The translations under genes were made by a program, and so were the position numbers. Shown here in pieces: positions 50,077 to 62,984 of a DNA stretch of 64,000 nucleotides (position 1 is its first letter; each line of letters starts with the position of its first letter). The DNA comes from Octopus vulgaris (Eukaryota), in NCBI GenBank assembly GCA_951406725.2, contig OX597833.1:22072001-22136000 (forward strand), read 5' to 3'. The notes below the pieces were generated by a model. It did not search any database and was not told the DNA's origin. It saw only the letters and a program-made list of their open reading frames with translations.

Positions 50077-50292
50077 TTAACCCTCAAGCATTCAGATTAA
50101 TTTGCCAAATGTAATGCTTAATTATTCACATTGCTTTCAATTAACCATGCATTATATTTGAGATTTTGATTATAGATTATTTTTTTTAAGTATGACATTC
50201 TAGGGAAGATGTAAGAGACTGCATTTGACCAGTTTGAACATCAAATAGAATATTTTGGCAGCCAATGGCCACTTTAAATGCTAAAGGGGTAA
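50077..50292. mobile_element. piggyBac-type MITE (family 2)
   Basis: TTAA-CCCTCAAGCATT...AATGCTAAAGGG. Confidence 0.55.
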
Positions 50293-50329
50293 ATACTAGC
50301 AAGTTGATCCAGTAGGGAGGGCTTCATGA

Positions 50330-51865
50330 ACAAGGAGGCGGGGCTAATGCATCATAAATTCACTGAGAGGAAGGGGCACAGCTGATGCATCATAAATTCA
50401 TTGAGGAAGGGGTGGGGCTAATGCATCATATATTCATATATTCATTGAGACGAAGGGGAGGGCTAATGCATCACAAATTCATTGAAACGAAGGGGTGGGG
50501 CTGGTGCATCATAAATCCATTGAGAGGAAGGGCTGGGGCTGATGCATTACAAATCCAATGAGAGAAAGGGGTGGGACTGATGTCTCACAAATCCAGTGAC
50601 AGGAAGGGGCAGGGCTGGTGCATCACAAATCCACTGAAAGGAAAGGAAAGGCCAAAAGGAAGGGGCAGGGCTGGTGCATCACAAATCCATTGAAAGGAAA
50701 GGTCAAAAGGAAGGGGCAGGGCTGGTGCATCACAAATCCATTGAAAGGAAAGGTCAAAAGGAAGGGGTAGGGCTGGTGCATCACAAATCCATTGAAAGGA
50801 AAGGAAAGGCGAAAAGGAAGGGGCAGGGCTGGTGCATCACAAATCCATTGAAAGGAAAGGAAAGGCCAAAAGGAAGGGGCAGGGCTGGTGCATAACAAAT
50901 CCATTGAAAGGAAAGGCCAAAAGGAAGGGGCAGGGCTGGTGCATAACAAATCCATTGAAAGGAAAGGCCAAAAGGAAGGGGCAGGGCTGGTGCATCACAA
51001 ATCCATTGAAAGGAAAGGCCAAAAGGAAGGGGTAGGGCTGGTGCATCACAAATCCATTGAAAGGAAAGGCCAAAAGGAAGGGGCAGGGCTGGTGCATCAC
51101 AAATCCATTGAAAGGAAAGGCCAAAAGGAAGGGGCAGGGCTGGTGCATCACAAATCCATTGAAAGGAAAGGAAAGGCCAAAAGGAAGGGGTAGGGCTGGT
51201 GCATCACAAATCCATTGAAAGGAAAGGCCAAAAGGAAGGGGCAGGGCTGGTGCATCACAAATCCATTGAAAGGAAAGGCCAAAAGGAAGGGGCAGGGCTG
51301 GTGCATCACAAATCCATTGAAAGGAAAGGCCAAAAGGAAGGGGCAGGGCTGGTGCATCATAAATCCATTGAAAGGAAGGGGCAGGACTGGTGTATCATAA
51401 ATCCATTGAAAGGAAAGGCGAAAAGGAAGGGGCAGGGCTGGTGCATCATAAATCCATTGAAAGGAAGGGGCAGGACTGGTGCATCACAAATCCATTGAAA
51501 GGAAAGGCCAAAAGGAAGGGGCAGGGCTGGTGCATCATAAATCCATTGAAAGGAAGGGGCAGGACTGGTGTATCATAAATCCATTGAAAGGAAAGGCCAA
51601 AAGGAAGGGGCAGGGCTGGTGCATCATAAATCCATTGAAAGGAAGTGGCAGGACTGGTGCATTACAAATCCATTGAAAGGAAGGGGCGGGACTGATGCAT
51701 CATAAATCCATTGAGAGGAAGAGGCAGAGCTGATGCATTACAAATCCAGGAAGGGGTGAGGCTGATGTATCACAAATCCATTGAAAGGCAGGGGTCAGAC
51801 TGGTGTATCACAAATCCATTGAGAGGAATGGGCAGGACTGATGCATCATAAGTCCACTGAGAGGA
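50330..51865. repeat. Purine-rich minisatellite with 38-, 51- and 56-bp units
   Basis: Core unit GGGCTGGTGCATCACAAATCCATTGAAAGGAAAGGCCAAAAGGAAGGGGCA (51 bp); the 38-bp form lacks the 13-bp insert and the 56-bp form has an extra GGAAA. Confidence 0.97.
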
Positions 51866-52591
51866 CACACACACACACACACACACACACATAAAGTGCA
51901 CTCACACATATGCACTCACACACATGTACATGTATGGCTGATTCATCATAAATTCATTAAGAGCCCTGAAACAGCAAATATTCTTTCTTGATGACCCTTG
52001 AAACTTATCGATGCTCCCTATGTGAAGCTTTTAGCTGACAGCATTTGCACAAACAAGCTGTTGCGAATATTTTAATAATAGTAATTTTTCAGAAAAAATG
52101 ACATCACTTCTTTAACCTTTTAGCATGCAGATTTCTCTGTCAAATGTAACGTTTATCTATTCCCACTGATTTGAATTTGTTATGCTTTACATTGTAGCTT
52201 TCAGATTTCAATGATATGATTGTTTATTTTTAGAATAATGTTGTTAGGTAAATGTGAGAGAAAAGAACTGGCCAGTTTGAAGATAAAACAGGTAGAATAC
52301 TTTGGCTAAAGGGTCAATGAAAATGCTGAATGGTAAAGGGTCAATGAAAATTGAACCATTAATTAATTATTGTGTATTAATATCCAATGAGGGTTATCTT
52401 GGATGTGGTTATTGCTAGTTGATAACTGTTGGTGTTTGGTTAAATAATGTTGTTTATATAAGGAGAAGTATGGAAAAGTAAGAATAACGGAGTGACAGTT
52501 TGAGTGCCTTTTTGTGTTTAATTTTATCTTTTTTTCAAAAATGAATCCAAATTCTGTATAGAAATGACTAGTAGTTTATATCTACTGTTTA

Positions 52592-52664
<73 letters not shown>

Positions 52665-52755
52665 CGTAAGTATACATACACACATATGGAAGTACATTCA
52701 TAAATATATATCCCAGCACACACAAAAGTACATCCAAATATACACATATGTACTT

Positions 52756-52786
<31 letters not shown>

Positions 52787-52826
52787 TATACAAACATATA
52801 AATGCATATATATGCATGTATACAGA

Positions 52827-52884
<58 letters not shown>

Positions 52885-53418
52885 CATATATGCATATACA
52901 TATATACATCTACATCCATACACACACGCATATACATACACACACATTCACTCATTTACACACCCATGCAATAATGTTGTAGACAACATGACTGTCATTT
53001 CACCAAAGTGAAATCAAAACTGTTTATATATCCTTCTTCCCTGTCATGATAATGTAAATGCCACATACATTCTCAAACACACACACACACACACACATAA
53101 AGTGCACTCACACATATGCACTCACACACATGTACATGTATGGCTTTAAGGAATATCTAAATGGTCACATGATAACCTTCCTTATCTGCAGAAGCCTTAA
53201 CATAACTAAGTACAATAGCAAAGAAATGATAGCAGAAGGAGAGGTGTAACACGTACCGGTGTGTGTGTGTGTGTGTGTGTGTACACGTGTGCGTGTGTGT
53301 GTGTGTACAGGTGTGCATGTGTGTACACGTGTGCTGATTTATTGAAAACTGAGGCCACAATAAAGGTAGAAATGCTAATGCATGTTTGAGTACTTTTTCT
53401 GTTATTAATTCATACATC

Positions 53419-53456
<38 letters not shown>

Positions 53457-53813
53457 AGGTTCAATTCCCATGGATGTCAATTTTGCCTTTCGTCTTTTAA
53501 AGAATCAATAAATGACGGCACATTTGAGAGCAATGGATTGACGCAGTCATTTGTATTTGACGAGATGTCTTGCGGTGTCTGTTCCAGCTCTTAGCATTCT
53601 GAGATCATATTGGACCCTTGTCTTTGTCTTGAGTAACATCAGTGGATTGTTGAGGGAACCCCTGCATGAATGGGAGACAAACCTTGCACCTCAGATTCTA
53701 GATGTGTTTGTATATGTATATGTATGTTTAAGTATGTGCACACATATATCTGTCTATTTACGTCTCTCTCTATCTCTCTCTCTTCTTCTCCCACTATATG
53801 CATGGACCCTAAG

Positions 53814-53856
53814 CCAGTTTAGAAGTTACTAAAAAATTCAGTAACTTCTAAACTGG
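53814..53856. repeat. Perfect 17-bp stem hairpin
   Basis: CCAGTTTAGAAGTTACT aaaaaattc AGTAACTTCTAAACTGG. Confidence 0.9.
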
Positions 53857-53962
53857 AGTGAGACAGCATGTTCTTTGTCTATCTCCTTAACTTCTTGGAG
53901 ATTTTAGGTATAATTATACTAATGTGTCCATCTGTTCTAATTTAATTAAATTCTATGTCTTT

Positions 53963-54051
53963 GTGCAGCTGAAGATTGCGCTGCTATTTAAATTGATGTA
54001 ATGATTGCATTGTTCAATTAAATGGAGTTGCATGAAACGATCATACTGCAT
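53963..54051 (+). ncRNA. Type I hammerhead motif with long structured stem II
   Basis: GTGCAG CTGAAGA T TGC..ATTTAAATTGA..TCAATTAAAT..GCA T GAAAC GATC ATA CTGCAT. Stem III is one CpG transition from the palindrome ACGATCGT. Confidence 0.6.
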
Positions 54052-54224
54052 TACCTCTGGATATCCTTGTTGCTTATTTTGATATATATATACATATATA
54101 TATTTAATATCATCTGAGTAATAACCTTATAACATGCTTTCCAAAGCTCCTCTACTGGTATCAGCTACCATCATCTTGTACTAGATATATGTATATGTAT
54201 ATATATATGTATATATGAGAGAAA

Positions 54225-54600
54225 CTACTAGGATAAGAAGAAGCTGGGCAAAGTTCAGAGAGTTTCTACCTTTGTTCAGAGTGAAAGGCAGACTGCTTGG
54301 ATATCTGTGTATGTACAGCAATGCTACATGGCAGTGAAACACTGGCTGTGACTACAGAGGACATACGAAGGCTTGAAAGAAATGAAACCAGCTTACTCCA
54401 CTAGATGTGAAATGTTAGTGTGCATGTACAACAGAGTGTAAGTACCTTAAGAGAAAAATTGTGTATAAATGGCATCAGATATAGTGTGCAAGAAAGAAGA
54501 CTGCTGGTATAGTCATGTGATGCATTATGGATGAGGACAGCTGTGTAAAGAAGTGCCAATATCTAATTGTGGAGGAAACCTATGGAAGATGTAGAAAGCG
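54225..54600 (+). mobile_element. RTE-clade LINE RT C-terminal relic
   Basis: TRIRRSWAKFRE..RVKGRL..AMLHGSET..RRLERNE..LREKL..VQERRL..HVM..DEDSCVKKC. Confidence 0.8.
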
Positions 54601-54774
54601 GTTGCTGTTGTTCAGAGAGAAATAGAGTCAGTAATGCAGTTATCAGTAAGTTTGTCTGTTTAATGCAAGATCCACATTGGGGAAAACTTGATGAATTTAT
54701 ACTGTATTTTTAAATTAAAAATGCAATTATGTATGTATGTATGTATGTATGTACGTATGTACATACGTACGTAC

Positions 54775-54848
<74 letters not shown>

Positions 54849-55782
54849 GCCTGTCTCTCTGTCTCTCTCTCTCTCTCTAGCTGTACATACTCAAATGCCT
54901 ACACACACACATAAGTGTGTATGTATGTATATATATGTACATATATGTGTATAGATATGTATATATATATGTATATATGTACATATATTCATGCATACAT
55001 GTATATGCACACACACATACACATAAATAGGGTGGATAGATAGATAGACAGACAGACAGACAAACAGACAGATATAATATATGCATTGCACACATAGAGG
55101 TAGAAATATAAGTAGTGGGTAACAAGATGTCAAATGCCATCAGATAATAGGTATGTATAATGATTGCTGTGCTCAGGTCAAATTAGTGCTTAAACTTCAG
55201 TGTTAAGTGCAGGGTTGTGAAATCTGTCTAAATGAAGACAGGTTATAAGCAATATATTGATATAGGTATAAAGGAACAAAAGCTTAAACATGGAGTCAAC
55301 AGATATCAAATCAATTTATAACAATATATTGAAGAGAAACGCAAATATATATATTAAAATATATATACACAGCAGATAAATTAAGAAGCATCTGGAATGT
55401 GATAAGTTCACAATAGTTCAGATGTAGATAGGTACACTCCAAGGTAAAACAGAAATTAAGTCTATAATTTTGATATCACTTAGATAATGAAGTAGATCAA
55501 TGATGTCACAGATGAAAAACACCTTGGCATTGATGAAACAGCAGTATGTAAATTGTTCTTTACAGCTGTTTCTAGAATGATTGTATTACTAGAGCAAATC
55601 TGTGCATATTATCTGTAGCACCAAAGGTTTGTTGGAAAAAATCCCATCAATTTCACAGTTATATATATATATAAAATGTAAATAATGAGGGTGATAAATT
55701 GAATATTAATTTAATTAATATTAATTTAAAACCAGTAGCCTAGCATATAAAAAAATTTGAAAATTCAGAAAAATTGTAATAC

Positions 55783-55943
55783 ATGCATATAATAGGGATA
55801 ACCACTAAGTAGACATCCAATATGCTAGAAGAAGATCACCCACAATCTAACTAGAGAACATTCTTTTCTTTGTAGTTAGATCATAGGTGATCTTCTTCTA
55901 GCATACTGGATGTTCACTTAGTGGTTATCCTTATTATATGCAT
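55783..55943. repeat. Near-perfect hairpin (arms about 70 bp)
   Basis: ATGCATATAATAGGGATAACCACTAAGT..TGCTAGAAGAAGATCACC..ATCTAACTA and TAGTTAGAT..GGTGATCTTCTTCTAGCA..ACTTAGTGGTTATCCTTATTATATGCAT. Confidence 0.9.
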
Positions 55944-56039
55944 ATATATATATATATAATTCAAAAGTACAGATGTAATTGGTGAAATACTTCAAGTATC
56001 TTACTTGAAAAGTACAATATTCAACCATATCTATATAAT

Positions 56040-56270
56040 TCCTGTTTGGCATTGGATCTTGAAGTACATGTAAAGCTATGAACAACAAGATGTATATATG
56101 GGGTTGAAAAAAATCCCTATTCATGAGTAGGCTTCGAATTTTTATATCCAAAACCGTTTTTCAAACCCATATTTACATGTTAATATTTATAGCTTTATTT
56201 GTACTTCCAGATCCTGTTCCCAAAACGAATTATTTCACATTCTCTTGAAAATTTATAGATTCTTATGATG
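56040..56270. mobile_element. Fold-back repeat, same family as 27980-28175
   Basis: Shared ATTTATAGCTTTAT..AGATCCTGTTCCCAAAA..TTCTCTTG. Confidence 0.6.
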
Positions 56271-56469
56271 TCAAATAAATATACAAACGCGCGCACGCAT
56301 GCACACACACACACATACACACACACACACACACACATATATGTTCAATGACTTATCTGATAATCTTCATCAGTCATTTCCAAAAATTGATTGAAATATC
56401 TGTTCAACTGAACAGTCCCCTAAATCCCTTTTCAGTCCCCTAAATCCCTTTTCAGCTGAGTGATCCTAA

Positions 56470-56933
56470 TCTTGCAGGTTTGTTGGTGCTGGTGCCATAT
56501 AAAATGCCCTCATGCCAATTGCACACAAAAGCTCTCGTGCCAGTACTGCGTAAAAGTATCCAGCATACTTTGTAAAGTGGTTGATATTAGGAAGGGCATC
56601 CAGTTATAGGAACCATACCAAAACAGGCATGGAACCCAGGCAGCTTTTCAGCTAGCCAGCTCCTGTTAAACCGTCCAACCTATGCCAGCATGGAAAATGG
56701 ACATTAACCCTTTCATTACTGTATTTATTTTGAGATGCTCCATGTTTCTTGCAATTAATTTTAAATATAACAAAGAATTTAGTAAAATAACTTAGTTATC
56801 ATTAAGCTAGTGTTGGGAACATAAATTGTGACTAAGGTTTGGTGGAAGATTTTTATTCAAAACTTATGAAAACAAGACATTTGTACTACAGAGCCAGAGC
56901 AGGTTTCAGCCGGGTTGGTAACAAAAGGGTTAA

Positions 56934-56969
<36 letters not shown>

Positions 56970-57245
56970 CTTGCAGGCTTGTGGGTGTTGGTGCCATGTA
57001 AAAAGCACCTATACAGGTGCCATGTAAAAGCACCTGTGCCAGTGCTACATAAAAAGCTCTCAGTACATTCTGTAAAGTGGTTGGTGTTAGGAAGAGCATC
57101 CAGCTGTAGAAACCAAGCCAAAACAAACATGAAGCCTGGGCAGCTCTTCAGCTGACTAGCTTCTGTCAAACCATCCAACCCATGCCAGCAAGGAAGACGG
57201 ATGTTAAATGATGATGACGACGATGACAATGATGATGATGATGAT
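56470..57245 (+). mobile_element. Two tandem family D elements with (GAT)n tails
   Basis: Both start CTTGCAGG.TTGT.GGTG.TGGTGCCAT.TAAAA and carry TTAGGAAG.GCATCCAG. Confidence 0.8.
56708..56929. mobile_element. piggyBac-type MITE (family 1)
   Basis: TTAA|CCCTTT...AAAGGG|TTAA, inserted at the TTAA just before a family D (GAT)n tail. Confidence 0.85.
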
Positions 57246-57266
57246 CTATTCACTTGAAACCAGTAT

Positions 57267-57520
57267 TCTCTTTTACTCTTTTATCTTTTACTTGTTTCAG
57301 TCATTTGACTGCGGCCATGCTGGAGCACTGCCTTTAATCAAGCAAATCGACCCCCAGGAAGCCTAGTACTTATTCTATCGGTCTCTTTTGCCGAACCGCT
57401 AAGTTACAGGGATGTAAACACACCACCATCGGTTGTCAAACGATGTTGGGGTGGGGGAGAAACACAGACACACAAATATATACATACAAACATACGTATA
57501 TATATACATACAAACATATG

Positions 57521-57608
<88 letters not shown>

Positions 57609-57763
57609 TATGACGGCTTCTTTCAGTTTCTGTCTACCAAATCCACTCACAAGGCTTTGGTCAGCCTGAGGCTATAGTAGAAGACACATGCCCAAGGTGC
57701 CATGCAGTGGGACTGAACCTGGAACCATGTGGCTGGTAAGCAAGCTACTTACCACACAGCCAC
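57267..57763 (-). mobile_element. SINE family A
   Basis: Consensus match. Confidence 0.9.
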
Positions 57764-58169
57764 AGAGCAGTGGAAATAACCACGACTGTAATATTTTGCT
57801 CTATAGTATTCTACCATAATTAATTAAGTACTTCACTGTTTTGAGTTCAAACATCAGTGAAGTCAACATGACTTTTCATCTCTACAATCAATAAAATATG
57901 AACCTGAATGTATCGGGTGTATTATGTATGTTTACTCAGCTGTGCTTTATGAAAACTTGTTTTGTGCCTCACCAAAATTCATGAATGATTTATACATAGA
58001 CTTCCCTTTCTTTCTGGAGAATTAACAGCTAAATGTTCTCTTATTCACCACAACCATTACAAACTTTTCCATCAGTAGTTATCTAGGTCCATATGGCCCT
58101 TGGGGATCCATGTAAGATTTTGTTGTTAAAGTTTATCTGTTGAATTAGTTATATTTCTTAATGATGTGC

Positions 58170-58471
58170 CCTTTTCAAGCCTTATCAGGCTCATGGGCCC
58201 AGTTTCCCGGTTTCTGTGGCGTATGTGCCCCCCCCCCCACCTGGACGAGATGCCAGTCCATCATAGTGTTACTCAAGAAACAGGAAGAGAGAATGAGAGA
58301 AAGTTGTGGTGAAAGAGTACAACAGGGGTCGCCACCACCACCTGCCAGAGCCTCATGGAGCTTTAGGTGTTTTCACTCAATAAACACACACAACGCCCAG
58401 TCTGGGAATTGAAACGGCGATCCTCCGACTGTGAGTCTGCTGCCCTAACCACTGGGCCATTGCACCTCCAC
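58170..58471 (-). mobile_element. SINE family C-related
   Basis: tRNA head on the minus strand ending about 58470; V-like body. Confidence 0.8.
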
Positions 58472-58669
58472 ATTATATTTCTACAATATGAAATATATTT
58501 TAACAATATTTTAATACAATTCCTGATAATGTTTAATTGCAAAAACTATAATGGGATTTTTTAAACATCAAATGGCTAAAAATCAAAGGGGTCCATAGAT
58601 AGAAAATGGTGAAGAACCACTGGTTTTTATGATGGAATTGTCTATGAACGTAATAATACTTAGGTTTCT

Positions 58670-59085
58670 CAAACTAGTAATGTAGGCACAATGTAGGTTC
58701 TAGTTTGTATAGTAGAACCAATGCTGCCATAACATCAATAGCAGAATAAGAATAACCTCTAACTTGAATAGCAGTGTCAATGTAGCCCCTAGCTTGTGTG
58801 GTAGACTAAGTGCAATCCCTATCTTCTATAGCAGAGTCAACATAACCCCCAAACATGTATAGTAGAGTCAATGCACCTTTAACTTGCATAGCAGAATAAA
58901 TGTAACCACTGACTTGCATAAGAGAGTTAGTGTAGCTCCTAACTCTATAGTGGAGTCAAAACAAACCCCAACTTGTAGTCAATGTGGCCCCTGACATGTA
59001 CACTAGAGTCAAAATAGCTCCTAACTTGTACACTGGAGTCAATGTAGCTCCTAACTTGTATAATAGAGTCAATGTAGTCCTTAAA
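58670..59085. repeat. Degenerate 30-bp minisatellite
   Basis: Unit approx. AGAGTCAATGTAGCTCCTAACTTGTATAGT, about 13 copies, most homogeneous at the right end. Confidence 0.8.
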
Positions 59086-59087
59086 CT

Positions 59088-59271
59088 TTTGACTGTGGCC
59101 ATGCTGGAGCACCACTTTCAGTCGAGCAAATCGACCCCAGGACTTATTCTTTGTAAGCCTAGTACTTATTCTATCGGTCTCTTTTGCCGAACCGTTAAGT
59201 TACGGGGACGTAAACACACCACCATCAGTTGTCAAGCGATGTTGGGGGGACAAACAGACACACAAACATAT

Positions 59272-59314
<43 letters not shown>

Positions 59315-59480
59315 TACGACAGGCTTCTTTCAGTTTCTGTCTGCCAAATCCACTCACAAGGCTTTGGTCGGCCCGAGGCTATAGTAGAAGACACTTGCCC
59401 AAGGTGCCACGCAGTGGGACTGAACCCGGAACCATGTGGTTCGTAAGCAAGCTACTTACCACACAACCACTCCTACGCCT
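59088..59480 (-). mobile_element. SINE family A (young)
   Basis: Near-consensus with CpGs intact. Confidence 0.92.
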
Positions 59481-59737
59481 ATTATTCATACTGTTTTCAC
59501 TTTATCATATATTATCTTGTAGCTGGTGAATTTCAATGATGAGATTGTATGTTTTTAGAATGTCATTGCATGGAAGGGGTGAGAGGCCTGATCTGCTCAG
59601 TTTGTGCATAAAGCAAGTGGAATATTTGGGCCTGATAGGGATGGTTTGGATACTAAAGGGTCAAACACCATGGAAACCAGGTAACCGACCCCATGAATAC
59701 TAGGATTTGAAAAAGTAATGCTCAGCAGTTCATCATC

Positions 59738-59772
<35 letters not shown>

Positions 59773-60514
59773 TATGCTAAAACTAATGGAATAAAAAATA
59801 CTTTACATGTAAAACAAGGAAAGATCCACTGTGGAATACTGTATTCATAAATTACACCCAACCCATGCCAGCATCAAAGAAGCAGATGTAAAAACAACAA
59901 CGATGATGATGATGATGATGATAATACCAGTCTTATAGATTTTGTGACCAAGGTGTATTGATAAATAACAAGAAGGAAACTAAATGATACTGATGTTTTG
60001 GTCTAATTTGTGACCAAAAAAAAAGAAAGATTTGACATTTGACAAAGTTTAGTTTCAAACAATTTCATTTTAATCATCATCATCATCAGCAGCAGTAGCA
60101 GCACTTCCACAACCACTACCATCACCATCATCATTAGTGTCCACTTTCCCTGTGCTTGCATGCATCAGACAGAATTTGTAGAAGAGAATGTTTTTACAGC
60201 CAAGATGCCCTTCCTTTTGCCAACCCTCACCTCACCTCATATGGGGAAATAATACCCTGCTGTTTCCAAGCAAGGTGTTACTTTCCCCACGGCTGGGCAT
60301 ATTTTTCATGGAAGACTGGAAATGTACACTATGTTTGTTTACAGCCATTACATGATGTCAAGACAAGCACACAGACACATACACACACACATTTTATGGG
60401 AAATAAAGTAAATCTCAAATGCAGAATAGCTGAGAAAATAGATAAATATCCTTAGAAGACAGAAATACTTTTGACAGAATTACAGAAAATACTCTAAAGA
60501 CAGAAATACTCTAA

Positions 60515-60935
60515 TAGGTGGCGAGCTGGCAGAAACGTTAGCATGCCGGGCGAAATGCTTAGTGGTATTTCGTCTGCCGTTACGTTCTGAGTTCAAATTC
60601 CGCCGAGGTCGACTTTGCCTTTCATCCTTTTGGGGTCGATAAATTAAGTACCAGTTACATACTGGGGTCGATGTAATCGACTTAATACCTATGTCTGTCC
60701 TTGTTTGTCCCCTCTGTGTTTAGCCCCTTGTGGGTAATAAAGAAATAGGTATTTCATTGGGTGTTATGTTCTAAGTTCAAATTCCGCCGAGGTCGACTTT
60801 GCTTTTCATCCTTTCGGGGTCAAATAAATAAGTACCAGTTACGCACTGGGGTCGATGTAATCAACTTGATCCGTTTATCTGTCCTTGTTTGTTCCCTTTG
60901 TGTGTAGCCCCTTGTGGGCAGTAAAGAAATAAGAA
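60515..60935 (+). mobile_element. Tandem family B SINE dimer
   Basis: Full copy 60515-60750 followed by a 5'-truncated copy restarting at GGTATTTC. Confidence 0.88.
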
Positions 60936-61367
60936 ATACCCTTGACCCATAAACTAACAACACACACCTTGTGTATGTGTGTTCAGTTTTGATTATAGAC
61001 CTTGGAGTGGTTCTAAATTCGTATTTGAATTTTTTTCTGTGACATGAAACGTTGGGACATGTCTGCAGATGGTTCTCAAACCATTTTGCATATAGTCATG
61101 GTCAGCAATATGGCTTGCTGCAGGCCTTGTTTGGTACGTGGCATTGAAAAGTCACAACAACGATGAAACATCAATGTCTGTCACTCCAAGAAGGGTCCTG
61201 ATGTGAGTTGTCTTGGCTGCCTTTGACTTACCTTCAGATGTTTTTAACACCAGGCACATCGAGAATATATTCTCTTACACCTAAAATGCAGCCACCCACC
61301 CACAAACTAACAACACACACATCTTGTGTAATTGTTCAATTTTGTTTATATACCACAAGCTGCATAT

Positions 61368-61430
<63 letters not shown>

Positions 61431-61522
61431 GTTATGTGACCACTCTGTCTGGCATTCGCCATAATAGATTGCTAGCCACAAAACCATTTTTCTATTTTCT
61501 CTCCCAGTTTATTTCTGTGTTC

Positions 61523-61558
61523 CTTTCTGTTGAAGAGCATAGGCTTGAAATGTAAAAG
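61523..61558 (+). ncRNA. Hammerhead motif of family HHR-2 (CUGUUGA variant core)
   Basis: CTTT CTGTTGA AGAGC ATAG GCTT GAAATGTA AAAG, within a repeat spanning about 61430-61650. Confidence 0.5.
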
Positions 61559-61744
61559 ACTTTCTCACTTCCCGAGCATTAAACTAATACATCTGTTTGC
61601 TGTTTACACACCCGTCTTCGTCTTTTTTAATTTTTTTTGTAAATTCTCACTATACATATATATATACATATATAAAATAAATTAACAGAATGAGATAAAA
61701 AATCCAAGGCTGTGAATAGTTTTCAGAACATCTATAAAGAGAAG

Positions 61745-61792
61745 GTCTTACAGCTGTTTCTGGGATATTTTATATATCCCTTCATCAGAGAC
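61745..61792 (-). ncRNA. Type I hammerhead ribozyme
   Basis: Reverse complement: GTCT CTGATGA A GGGATAT ataaa ATATCCC A GAA AC AGCT GT A AGAC; stem III is the palindrome ACAGCTGT. Confidence 0.78.
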
Positions 61793-61934
61793 GGTGCGAG
61801 AAAATGTTTAAGTAATAGTTATTATAGAGAAGATATGAAATACAGAGTGAAGTGGATGAATGAAAACAGACCAATACCTCTCATACCCATACACACGCAC
61901 ACATAAATATATAGATATATATATAAATATATTT

Positions 61935-62103
61935 AAGTCGATTACATTTACCCCAGTGCATAAATGGTACTTAATTTATCAACCCCGAAAGGATGAAAGG
62001 CAAAGTTGACCACAGTGGAATTTGAACTCAGAACATAACGGCAGATGAAACACTGCTATGCATTTCGCTCGGTGTGCTAATGTTTCTGCCAGCTTGCCAC
62101 CTT
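61935..62103 (-). mobile_element. SINE family B
   Basis: Consensus match. Confidence 0.8.
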
Positions 62104-62285
62104 GACCTTTTGTTCTTGACTAGTTCTGTAGCATGTCAGATGGCAGCACATGGTTGCATGTGCAGGGAGAACTGGCATTGATCTTCATGAGGCAGTGTGC
62201 TGAGTGACATCACTGTGTTTACTTCACAAGTTGGGAAATTTGTGTTTTGGTGATCATGTGCATGCTGTAGTCTACGATTTTTGTC

Positions 62286-62930
62286 ATGGACAAGAAGTTG
62301 AGACAAAGAACTAACATGGGATTTTGCATTAAACTTTGGAAGTCTGCTACAGAGACATTGAGCATGTTTTGGCAAGCTTACAGCGACAAGACAATGGGTC
62401 ATACAAAATGTGCTGAGTGGCACAGACGTTTCAAGAGCAGAAGAACGTCCATGGAAGACAATGAATGATCTGGAAGACCTGCCGCAAGCATCACTCTTGG
62501 AAATGTGAAGAATTCATCTCCCAGGGCCAGACCATCAATCAAGAGTTCTACTGCGACATTTTGAAGTGTTTGAGGAAGGACATTCGGTAAAAGCAACAGA
62601 ATCTGTGGAGCATGAAGAATTGAATTCTTTGTGATGATAATGCGCCCTGTCATTGAGCTCTCTTCACTCATAAGTTTCTCACCAAAAACATCCTATCGCT
62701 TCTGCACCCATCCTATTCACCAGATTTGGCACCAACAGACTTCCATCTCTTCTCCAAGATGAAAATGCAGCTCAAAGGTCGCCATTTTAACACTGTTGTT
62801 GAGATCCAGAGTGAATCAAAGAAGGTCCTTTATTGGCTTATGGAAAATGACTTCCAGGTTAGATTTTAAAAGTAGCATGAATGTTGGGACTGGTGTATTA
62901 CTGTGCAAGGTGAATATTTCAAAGGAGAAC
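62286..62930 (+). mobile_element. Mariner (DD34D) transposase pseudogene with internal deletion
   Basis: QRTNMGFCIKLWKSATETL..W.RRFKS.RTS.ED..SGRP; GQTINQEFY; DDNAPCH; HPSYSPDLAPTDFHLF.KMK..LKGRHF; QGEYF; several stops. Confidence 0.93.
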
Positions 62931-62984
62931 TGCGAAGACCTGACAAATAAAGAGAATTCATGGCTATATTCTACACCAGTTTTG

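Noticed and set aside
50330-51865. Repeat array as a CRISPR array or a 17-aa repeat protein (HHKSIERKGQKEGAGLV)
   Set aside because: There are no unique spacers and no cas genes, the context is eukaryotic, and the 38- and 56-bp units break the reading frame.
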